NCBI RefSeq assembly: GCF_006345805.1 | Contig: NW_021832650.1 | Location: 1-30,378, forward strand | From: Octopus sinensis | Taxonomy: Eukaryota | Length of the DNA stretch: 30,378 nucleotides | Direction: 5' to 3' | Part shown: positions 22,232 to 30,378 of the stretch, piece by piece | Position numbering within the stretch: the first letter of the stretch is position 1 | How the letters are laid out: every line of letters starts with the position of its first letter | Program-made: the position numbers and the translations under genes | The notes under the pieces: generated by a model | The model's database searches: none | Seen by the model: only the letters and a program-made list of their open reading frames with translations | Told to the model about the DNA's origin: nothing

Positions 22232-22725
22232 TCAGGTTAAGTTTTTGGGGGATTTTCACTGATGAAATTAGGCAACTTGTCTCACCGTTTTATATTATTG
22301 ATTTAATGCAACCTGTCCAATCGTTACTGAATTCTTTATTCTATTTCATATCTAGCATATAAACATTAATTGTTTATTCTTTATTTACAGCTTAAATAAT
22401 GAGTGGTGAAAAAATCTCAATTAAAAGCATTTTACGCTACCCGTGAAAGTAAGGAGTGAGGGCAAGGACAGCGGCAAAAGAAATTAATCACGTGGAAGGG
22501 CTAGGAACTATCAATGAACATATGTCGCAAAACTGGTTGAGGTGTTTCAAGGTAGATGATACCACCTTTGAAAACAAATGAAAATCATGGAGATATTCTG
22601 TTATGGAAGATGAAACCTTGCTTGAAATGGTTGAACTACAACCAAGCACAAGCATACGCACATTGTCGGCAGAACATGGTCCTTCACAAAGCACTATCAA
22701 CATTACCATAAACACAACCAACTTT
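22232..22725 (+). mobile_element. mariner 5' fragment (left end plus N-terminal HTH region, with stops)
   Basis: ATG 22399: MSGEKISIKSILRYP*K*GVRARTAAKEINHVEG...SQNWLRCFK...ETLLEMVELQPSTSIRTLSAEHGPSQSTI; TA-TCAGGTT left end. Confidence 0.85.
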
Positions 22726-22734
22726 CGCACTGGT

Positions 22735-22814
22735 GAGTATTCATTAATGTTATATCGCCTGAAGAAATAAATCCATGAATATGATCAACCCAATACCCAC
22801 GGATACTACGGGCT
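22735..22814 (+). repeat. Second copy of the loop and start of the right arm of the 15623-15967 palindrome
   Basis: AATGTTATATCGCCTGAAGAAATAAATCCATGAATATGATCAACCCAATACCCACGGATA versus 15781-15840; keeps an intact CTGAAGA at 22759-22765. Confidence 0.85.
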
Positions 22815-22912
22815 ACCGATAGAATAAGTACTGAAGTCGATTCATTCAGGTAAAAATTCTTCTAGGTGTTGCCCCAGCATGGCCGCAGTCTAAAGGCTGA
22901 AACAAGTAAATT
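22815..22912 (+). mobile_element. SINE 3' fragment
   Basis: ACCGATAGAATAAGTACTG..GTCGATTCATTC...GCCCCAGCATGGCCGCAGTCTAAAGGCTGAAACAAGTAAA. Confidence 0.85.
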
Positions 22913-23604
22913 ATATAAGATAAATGTCATACTACAAAAAAACATAACTGGAGGTCATAACTCACCAAGGGGCGTTATGTCGTACTGTTATGTAGTTTCA
23001 ACAGAAAACCAACTTACATCAGTTGTTGCGCTTCAGCAAGTACACATCCACACATCACCTGTCTCCACCAAGATCTTGCTGGTGCTCTCATTAACTATGT
23101 AGGCTCTTTAAGGTTAAGCAAAACGTTGGATGTTACTCTATACAATCTTTAAACATATCCTCTTCATACAAGATCAGAGAATTCAGTAAAATAAGCTGAC
23201 GGAATTTAAAGATACCTTCATTTCTCAAAGATATGATTGAAGTAGTTACGTTTCATTTTGTCTTCTCCAATTACATTTAGTTTTTATTTCATCTCCTTTC
23301 AATAACCTTTAATCATATATTATTCTAAGTGGTTGCTAACATACATATCTGTCCTTATCTAGGCACAGACAATCACACGCATGCGCACGTCACAGCCCGT
23401 GCACACCTGCGCACACACACACGTCTGCATACACATACACCTGCACATATACATACACATACACACCACATACACATACACACAAACACACGCCTGCACA
23501 CATGCACAGATCTGCATACATACACAAACACATCGCGCACACATACAGACACACCGTGCACAAACGTATACATATGAGCATATTATAATTATGTTGAGTG
23601 ACAT

Positions 23605-23800
23605 AATCGATAGAGCGCCGGACTAAATGTGTTGAAGTAGTTTATTTTTGTTATTTATTTTTAAATTGGAATCTTGATGGAGATCGACTTCGTCATACTT
23701 CCCGTCAGGATCGATAAGTACCAGTCATGAAATCGAATTATTAAATCAACTACATTCTTATCCTCCTGATATTTGTGGCCTAGTGTTGAACACGAAACAT
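23605..23800 (+). mobile_element. Highly degenerate SINE
   Basis: GATCGACTTCGTC...GGATCGATAAGTACCAGT...GATATTTGTGGCCTAGTG resembles the body and tail of the 2059-2273 SINE. Confidence 0.5.
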
Positions 23801-23814
23801 TTACGTGAAAGAAA

Positions 23815-24230
23815 TAACAACCAAATTTCCTTCAAGCCATGCTCTGCCGAATCGACGAAGGAAGGACACTTTAAATAATATGCAATGTGACCGAAAGATG
23901 GAATGGCATGGCTAGAACTCCTTAAGTAATGATTTAAGACGGCCCAGGGGTACAACGTATTGAGAGAAATATTCAGCCGCTTCGACATATTTTACTGATT
24001 AATAATATTTTCTTTAATTTAAATATTATATTAATTCTTCATGTCTAATTCCAAGTCAGCCCTGACGAGCAAGATTTCTGTACCTTGGAATTCCAGCTGT
24101 AACTATTCCATCTGATTCTCATCCTCTCAGGTAGCGTATCTAAGACTAATCAACGCATCGTTTCTCTATGATAAAATGGCAGTGTGAGCAGCGTGAGGTG
24201 CAAATTAATTGACCACATAATGGCTCTATC
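23815..24230. mobile_element. Two oppositely oriented old copies (23815-23960 minus, 24040-24230 plus) of the family at 5045-5290 and 28430-28590
   Basis: AAAGATGGAATGGCATGGCTAGAACTCC is the reverse-complement counterpart of GGAATTCCAGCTGTAACTATTCCATCT; aligned by eye only. Confidence 0.5.
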
Positions 24231-24384
24231 TCGTTGAATCAAAATAATTATTATTGAAGAACGGACAGTTTGGGTTAATCCAAAAAATTCCCTTTCTTTG
24301 ACACTTTGAAGAATGACTATCAAAGTTGGATAGTTTGCAGGATTAAAATGATTGTTGTAACACTGGTGGGTTTACCTAATCTCG

Positions 24385-24422
<38 letters not shown>

Positions 24423-24598
24423 CATATATATATATATATATATATGAGTAATTGAATGAATTATCTTATTAAGGATAATTCGAAAAATAACCGATACCTG
24501 GGTAGCAAATTCACACCAGAAAGAACACGGTTGAAGCTACGTCCCTAGGGCATAGACTACGTGTCTTCGTGCGGAAATTTGTATGTTTATTTTAAAAT

Positions 24599-24806
24599 TA
24601 TAAGTATATGAAAGAATGGAGTTGAACGACTAGTTAACAAATAGTTAACATTTTGATGTCGACATAAGTTTCCTTGATTTTCCTGAAGAGAAATCTGCAT
24701 AATGTACTCCTTATTCCTTCGGAATTAGGAATATGCAGCCTTCGAAACATATGTCGAGAATAAAGGATATTTGTTAACTAGTCGTTCAACTCCATTCTTT
24801 CATATA

Positions 24807-24812
<6 letters not shown>
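24599..24812. repeat. Perfect 45-bp inverted repeat (24599-24643 and 24768-24812) enclosing a hammerhead
   Basis: TATAAGTATATGAAAGAATGGAGTTGAACGACTAGTTAACAAATA and its exact reverse complement. Confidence 0.97.
24671..24767 (+). ncRNA. Type I hammerhead ribozyme with canonical core (PLE-associated, short palindromic stem III)
   Basis: Stem I 24671-24682/24756-24767 (11 of 12 pairs); CUGAAGA 24683-24689; stem II closed by G24690-C24743 (GAA/UUC then CUGCAUA/UAUGCAG); GAAA 24744-24747; stem III AC-AUAU-GU; GUC cleavage triplet 24753-24755. Confidence 0.85.
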
Positions 24813-24847
<35 letters not shown>

Positions 24848-24919
24848 TTTTTAGAAAACATAAATCCGGTGAAGAAGTACACTCTAAGAAGTAGAGTTGT
24901 CAATGTTTATATTTATATA

Positions 24920-25236
24920 CAGGGTAGGGTGAATGAACTGTCGTCGAAATTATGCAAAAATGAAAATGACACTGACATATCATTTTAACTGATATATTTA
25001 CCAAAATTACATAAACATATATTGAAGTGGTTGTTAGGCGCAGGAGTGGGTGTGTGGTAAGTAGCTTCCAACCACATGATTCCGGGTTCAGCCCCACTGC
25101 ATGGCACCTTGAGCAAGTGTCTTCTACTATAGACTCGGACCGACCAAAGCTTTGTGAGCGGTTTTGGTAGATGGAAACTGAAAGAAGCGTGTCGTATATA
25201 TATACATATACATACATACTACATACATACATACAT

Positions 25237-25299
<63 letters not shown>

Positions 25300-25623
25300 A
25301 TAGGCATGTATATGTTTGTGTGTCTGTGTTGATTGGATGTTTGATTTTTATCACTCTCAGTACATGTCCTCAAATTGTGCTGTCCTCAGTTTGACACCCA
25401 AACACTCTGAAATGTTCGTACTGGAGCTTCCGGCGCGAATGCCAAGCAGTACAGCATGTCGTTTCAAAATTTCTGGCAGAGTTAATTGCGTCATGGTGCT
25501 TTTTTTCTCACAGACGGTGCCCAAATGACCCTACTATACTGTGTAGTCGACAAAATCAAAAACAATGTGTATGAGCGCGAAATAAAAAATATAAAATGGC
25601 TACAATTTACACATCGCACCCTG
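24920..25623 (-). mobile_element. Internally deleted Tc1/mariner-superfamily element (maT/Tc1-like) with both ends, TA-flanked
   Basis: TA-CAGGGT at 24918-24925 and, on the minus strand, at 25625-25618; ATG 25494 gives MTQLTLPEILKRHAVLLGIRAGSSSTNISECLGVKLRTAQ (HTH). The DDD/E domain is absent, so the family is not confirmable. Confidence 0.75.
25035..25330 (+). mobile_element. SINE 5' half (tRNA head, CORE-like GGCACCTTGAGCAAGTGTCTT, internal microsatellite) nested in the DNA transposon
   Basis: TAGGCGCAGGAGTGGGTGTGTGGTAAG...GGGTTCAGCCCC...GGAAACTGAAAGAAGC. Confidence 0.85.
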
Positions 25624-25640
25624 TATATGTATATATATAA

Positions 25641-25677
<37 letters not shown>

Positions 25678-26062
25678 ATATTATATATATTATATTATAT
25701 ATATATACATAAACACCCGCGTTCTTCCACTGTCACCATATGGATAAAGAAAACTTGTCTTTATTGGTTTCAAAAGCTTCCAGGTAATTGGAACAGACTT
25801 CCACCTTTCTCTTTTTCAAATCGGGTATCAACTGCAGAGGTACTTACTTTACATCTATTTAAAGTCTTTTACATAATCGGTAACGCATAGTGGGCATAGT
25901 CCAGTTTAACAACAAGTTCATAAATTGTGACCTGTGTCTTCACGCCAATCGATTCGTGCACTCGCTGATGAATCGTATTCCATTGATACTTTGGTTATTA
26001 TGTTTTTATTGGGGGAAATTGGCGATAAAATTTCTCACATTGGTTGACCAATTGCATCTCAG

Positions 26063-26118
26063 AGAATCAGAGAATTATCGAAATGGATTTTCCACCGAGA
26101 TGAAATTTCTCAGTCAAT
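26063..26118 (+). CDS. Possible upstream exon (56 nt, phase 0-2) of the unknown gene
   Basis: CATCTCAG|AGA...TCAAT|GTAAGG; RIRELSKWIFHRDEISQS(I); end phase fits the next exon. Confidence 0.35.
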
Positions 26119-26254
26119 GTAAGGAATTGCACTTTAAATTACCTTCTTTCATACATTTTGTGTTCGTGTGGTGATGTAGTAGTGGTGGTGGTGGTAGTGT
26201 GTATGTGTGTGTTTATGTATATGTATGTATGTCAACAAAAAATTCTTCAAAGTA

Positions 26255-26357
26255 GTGAAAAACAAAACCGACGTCGGCGGAATTTTGAACTCAGAACGTA
26301 AACTCAGAACATTTTCCCCCCGGACTCTATTTGTCATGCATAAGGCTCGCCGCCTTA
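26255..26357 (-). mobile_element. SINE 5' fragment with fold-back rearrangement
   Basis: Minus strand AAGGCGGCGAGC...GTTCTGAGTTCAAAATTCCGCCGACGTCGGTTTTG; perfect 19-bp hairpin at 26328-26370. Confidence 0.75.
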
Positions 26358-26452
26358 TGCATGACAAATATTAAGGTGTGTAAATATATAGTGTTTTCTG
26401 TTTGTGTAGATATATGTACGTCTGTGTACAGTTTTGAATGTGTGTGTGTGTG

Positions 26453-26487
<35 letters not shown>

Positions 26488-26715
26488 TGTGTGTGCGTGC
26501 GCGCGCGTGTGTGAGCATGTATGATGGCGCTGTATTGAATCGGAACAGTTATGGATTTTAAGATTTACTGAATTACTGAAAGGAATCAGCTCTATAACCG
26601 TTTATCATAATCGAAGCCATATCAAGAACACAATTAAAAGGTCGCTGGTAGTAAACAACAGCCGTTCGGTATCAATGTATGACTACTTGCACTTTGTATT
26701 CCTTCCTTCTAAAAG

Positions 26716-26790
26716 AGCAACTTGGAACCCTTTGCATTCTGTTTCTTCCTCCCGTGGAAAATATTTTCTGAGTGACGTGGCGGCTAGTGG
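26716..26790 (+). CDS. Internal exon (75 nt, phase 2-2) of an unidentified gene
   Basis: Acceptor TTTGTATTCCTTCCTTCTAAAAG, donor TGG|GTAATG; only phase 2 is open (ATWNPLHSVSSSRGKYFLSDVAASG), which is the phase the next exon needs. Confidence 0.6.
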
Positions 26791-26827
26791 GTAATGTATT
26801 CTCCACTAAATCGCACACACATATACA

Positions 26828-26877
<50 letters not shown>

Positions 26878-27656
26878 TGTGTGTCTATATGTGTGTGCGC
26901 GTGCAAGCGTATATTATGTGAGTGTAATGGAGAAGATTATTTCTCATTAATGAGAAAATGATAACCGTTTGAACGACGCCAAAGAAATTACATATCAGTA
27001 TTATTAGGTTGTAGAGAGCGATGACATCGCCAAGTTTCAGGATTGGGAGTTTCACATTATTAACTGCACATGGCCGCATTAACTATACGCATTTACTACT
27101 GCCTTCCTTTCTCTGTCCGTCAGCCTGTTTGTTTACAGAATTTCCAGCGTTACACAGAAAATACTTATACTATCTCCATCACCGCCATCACTACCATTGT
27201 TAACATTATCACCGTCATTGTATATGCTGTTATTGTAACTACGTTACTACTACACTTAGGATTTCGATTACGACGTTGACACCGTCTCCGACGGCACAAC
27301 CATCGTCATCATCATTGTCGTCGTCGTTGTCATCGTCATTGTCATCGTCATCATCATCATTTCAATTAATCTAATGTTACTCTCAAATAGGAACAACCAA
27401 GCCCAGTCTTGAGAACCTACAGTTTCCTTCCTTCTTTACGTGTTTACTGGTTTACTAAAACTAATTCGACATACGATATATGTTTATGCTATATCAATGT
27501 TGCGGACGGTATAAGTTCCGGGGTTATATATTTATCGGCTTATTTTATTTTAACACTAATTCACATTACAAAAACTGGACCTGAATGTAATTGTATTGTT
27601 CTGGTTTTCCCAATTTCTTGACTTTTATATCTGGATAGTTTCTCCATTTTTTAAAG

Positions 27657-27843
27657 ATGGGAGCATATATCGGAAGATAGGAGAATGAGAACTTGTGACA
27701 TGCATGACTGTCTGTTGCAAGGAGAGTGGCGATGCAAAGGGTCTGAAAAAGTTGTAAATGGGAATAGAAACCTGGTCGTAAATTTTGCTTGTCAGAAATG
27801 TGACATCAAGTTTGATTGGCCATACTGTCACATGCCAAAATAG
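27657..27843 (+). CDS. Terminal exon of an unidentified gene, Cys/Trp-rich C-terminus
   Basis: Acceptor TTTCTCCATTTTTTAAAG with in-frame TAA just upstream; WEHISEDRRMRTCDMHDCLLQGEWRCKGSEKVVNGNRNLVVNFACQKCDIKFDWPYCHMPK*. Confidence 0.62.
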
Positions 27844-27936
27844 CCGTGAATATGTCTGGACCTTCAATCTTGACATTCTTCTGAATGGTATCTCAAACAT
27901 CATAAAGATACTAGCAATACTCTGATACAGTTTATA

Positions 27937-27950
27937 AATAAACAAATAAA
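27937..27950 (+). promoter_or_regulatory. Candidate polyadenylation signals (AATAAA)
   Basis: About 95 nt after the stop, but part of an (AAAT)n tract. Confidence 0.35.
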
Positions 27951-28429
27951 TAAATAAATAAATGAAAGAAGGGTTCAGCATTCTTTAATGCTCTGAAACT
28001 TGTCTGCCACTAATGTCTGCAAGTAACCTAATACTAGTTCTGTTTTTGTTTGTTTCATTTACGACAGTCTCGATGCCGTCCAAAAATGGCAGCTATTCCA
28101 AACATGCTATATAAATGAAGTTCCATTTACTTATAACATTTTGAATTCTTTTTTTCTTTTTCTTCTGGGTTTGAACTCTCTAATTTACGATTCCTTTCTG
28201 TCAATATACCACAATGTCAAAATGTCAAGGATTAAATACACTTATTCCATTTCTATTACAAAATATTCTTATCTATCCAAAATTAATCTAAATTATTAAA
28301 GAACCCTCAACAAACGCTTTGTTAAAAACTTGAAAGATTTATCATATCTCCACGGCATCAAATATCACATCATACTCCACATACGAAAAAATTTAAGTCG
28401 TTGCTACTGTTACTTAATCCTCATTGAGT

Positions 28430-28590
28430 TGACATATAAGAAAGAGGATTCCAGTGGTGACCATCCAGACTTACTTCGTGCACAGTGCATTCTGAACCCC
28501 ATGATCCAATGTATACTTCTTAAAGACAGCAGGATTTGAGAGTGAGGTTTAGCTGCTATTTCTAACAAGTCGAGAGACTATAAAGAGATT
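28430..28590 (+). mobile_element. Old SINE-like repeat, same family as 5045-5290
   Basis: GGATTCCAGTGGTGACCATCC...CATGATCCAATGTATAC...GCTGCTATTTCTAACAAGTCGAG. Confidence 0.6.
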
Positions 28591-29555
28591 CTATTTTTGT
28601 AGGAGATATACAAGCGTATTTAGTCTTTGCTGTGGCAGGAGCCAAAATTAACTAGAATTTCTTTAGCTAGGCGCTCAGCACCTGGAGAAGCAAGTTTATG
28701 CAATCCAACATCGTAGAGCGCTATACGGACGAACGAGTTTAATTGCTCGGGATTTGGTTTGTTCCAGACCTCCAGGTGGACAAGAACTTGAATGGAGTGA
28801 TGAGCTAGTCTTTCTAGGCAAGTGGTCTGATAGAGTGGTGTGGGTGAGACTTTTCTCGGTTATGGTGGTGTAAGTGCTTTAGTTTTTCTCGGGTGTGTTA
28901 CCTGTGCATGCTCCTCGTCTTTAATTATATACATTTATATATAATGATTTTCTTCTTAGTGTCTTCTTGCACTTCTTCCGGTGTGTTAATGAAAGCTGTT
29001 CTACCAGTCTTTTTTAAATGCACCTTAGTCATTCAACTCGAAATTTCCTATTTTCCGACACGCTATTGCGAAACCGTTCCCATCCTGCTTAAGAAAAAAG
29101 AATGGCCGCTGCTGTCGCTTTGTTAATGTTTGTGGTGATGGTGGAGACTGTGGTGGTGGTGGTGGTTTGGTATTAGGAGCGGTGTAGGAGATCGTGCTTC
29201 TGACATTTTAAAATATGTATTGCTCTCACAGCTGTTGTTGTTGCTTCTGTTGTTGCTGTTGTTGTTGCTGCTGCTGTGTTTGTTTCTTTTCTCGACAAGT
29301 GGTGGGAAAACAATATCACAGCGGTTATTCTAACAGCTACTGCTTCCATCGATTTGTGAAGCCATATTGATATTGTTGTTTTAAAATGTTAAATTTGCAA
29401 TTTTAAATCTCAAAATTCGTCCTTAATGGGTGAATTCTCGCTTGTAACGAGCTGAGATATTTAGTTAACACTTGAACAAAATTCGAATTACCAACTTATA
29501 AAACAACACATTTTAAAGAAAATTTACAAACCACAAACGTGCGTTCCAGATATAT

Positions 29556-29570
29556 ATAATAATAATAATG

Positions 29571-29631
<61 letters not shown>

Positions 29632-29640
29632 GAACAATAA
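29556..29640. repeat. (AAT)n microsatellite at the LINE 3' end
   Basis: Direct reading. Confidence 0.92.
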
Positions 29641-29642
29641 TA

Positions 29643-30378
29643 ATTCATTCATTTATTGACCACAATGGATTACATAAAACAATATGAAGAGACAAAGACA
29701 GGATGATGCAAAGGGTTTTAAAACGTGTAAACAAAAATAACAAACAAAATTAAACAAATAAAACTTCCAATAGGGGAGACGCTTTAAGGTTAATCGCGGA
29801 AAACCCCACAAAAGCCACGACTGCATGACCAACAGAGAAAGATCCCTTCTTTTATTTTTCACAAGTTCATGCTCAAAATGGGGCCTTTCACACTGACCAT
29901 TTTTCCGACATTCACCCACCTTTCAACAAATTTTCTAGAAGGCAACACTTCTCTCTCCACCTTCACTTTCCTTTTCAAGTGAAAACGTTTATGAGGCCTT
30001 GGCCAAAGAGGAAAGTGTCTGTCTTTAGCCCCTTCAAACGTGTCCACCATACTCCCTCATTTGCTACAGCCGCTAGACAAATAAAATTTGCCTGCCCCTC
30101 CCGACCAAAGGAAGGTGGCGGGGCAACCTTCACTATGGATTCAGCTGATAGCTGGATACGCCCCACAGGCGACAGCAGGTGTTCGACATAAATCCGCAGG
30201 TCAGCAATGCTCGGGCACAGGACGAGTGCGTGCAGAACGGTTTCGTCCCTCTGCGTACACCTCGAGTAGTTCCGGCTAACGGCACTTCCGTGCCTGTAAA
30301 GTTTATCCCGAACGGGCAGCACCCCTCGGTAGAACGACTAGGCGAGGAATTTCTGGAAGTTATCCATAGGCTCCGTCC
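29643..30378 (-). mobile_element. L1/Tx1-clade LINE ORF2 C-terminus and 3'UTR (continues beyond the window)
   Basis: LPVRDKL...SRC...ETVLHALVLCP zinc-knuckle region, VWWTR, frameshift near 30000, stop at 29859, AATAAA at 29657-29652. Confidence 0.88.

Noticed and set aside
13705-22725. The two mariner fragments as halves of one element
   Set aside because: Wrong order (C-terminus upstream of N-terminus) and different terminal sequences.
25864-26062. Longer version of the 26063-26118 exon with stops recoded by editing
   Set aside because: Four in-frame stops in about 85 codons is close to what AT-rich non-coding DNA gives.
28600-29130. Possible degenerate LINE ORF1 on the minus strand
   Set aside because: Only vague resemblance; no diagnostic motif.
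1-30378. CRISPR array or prokaryotic operon/defence system
   Set aside because: No regularly spaced short repeats with unique spacers and no dense intact ORFs; the sequence is metazoan.

Overview
AT-rich eukaryotic genomic DNA, most likely from an octopus (coleoid cephalopod). This assignment rests on SINE and repeat sequences I recognise plus extreme TA/TATC/TATG microsatellite content; no database was used. Most of the window is microsatellite and decayed transposons: a CR1 LINE, a second LINE 3' end, an L1/Tx1 3' end, two copies of an RLE-type non-LTR element, a Penelope-like (PLE) RT + GIY-YIG relic, three Tc1/mariner-superfamily fragments and many tRNA-derived SINEs. Nearly all ORFs in the supplied track are microsatellite artefacts. 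The best host-gene signal is the 3' end of an unidentified + strand gene (exons 26716-26790 and 27657-27843, possibly 26063-26118). The most striking feature is a series of type I hammerhead ribozyme (HHR) motifs in PLE-type ends. One has a fully canonical core (24671-24767, predicted cleavage after GUC at 24755) and sits inside a perfect 45-bp inverted repeat with an upstream strand able to sequester its cleavage site. Several decayed or partial relatives occur elsewhere, two of them also in fold-back structures. No prokaryotic features, rRNA, true tRNA genes or CRISPR arrays were found.
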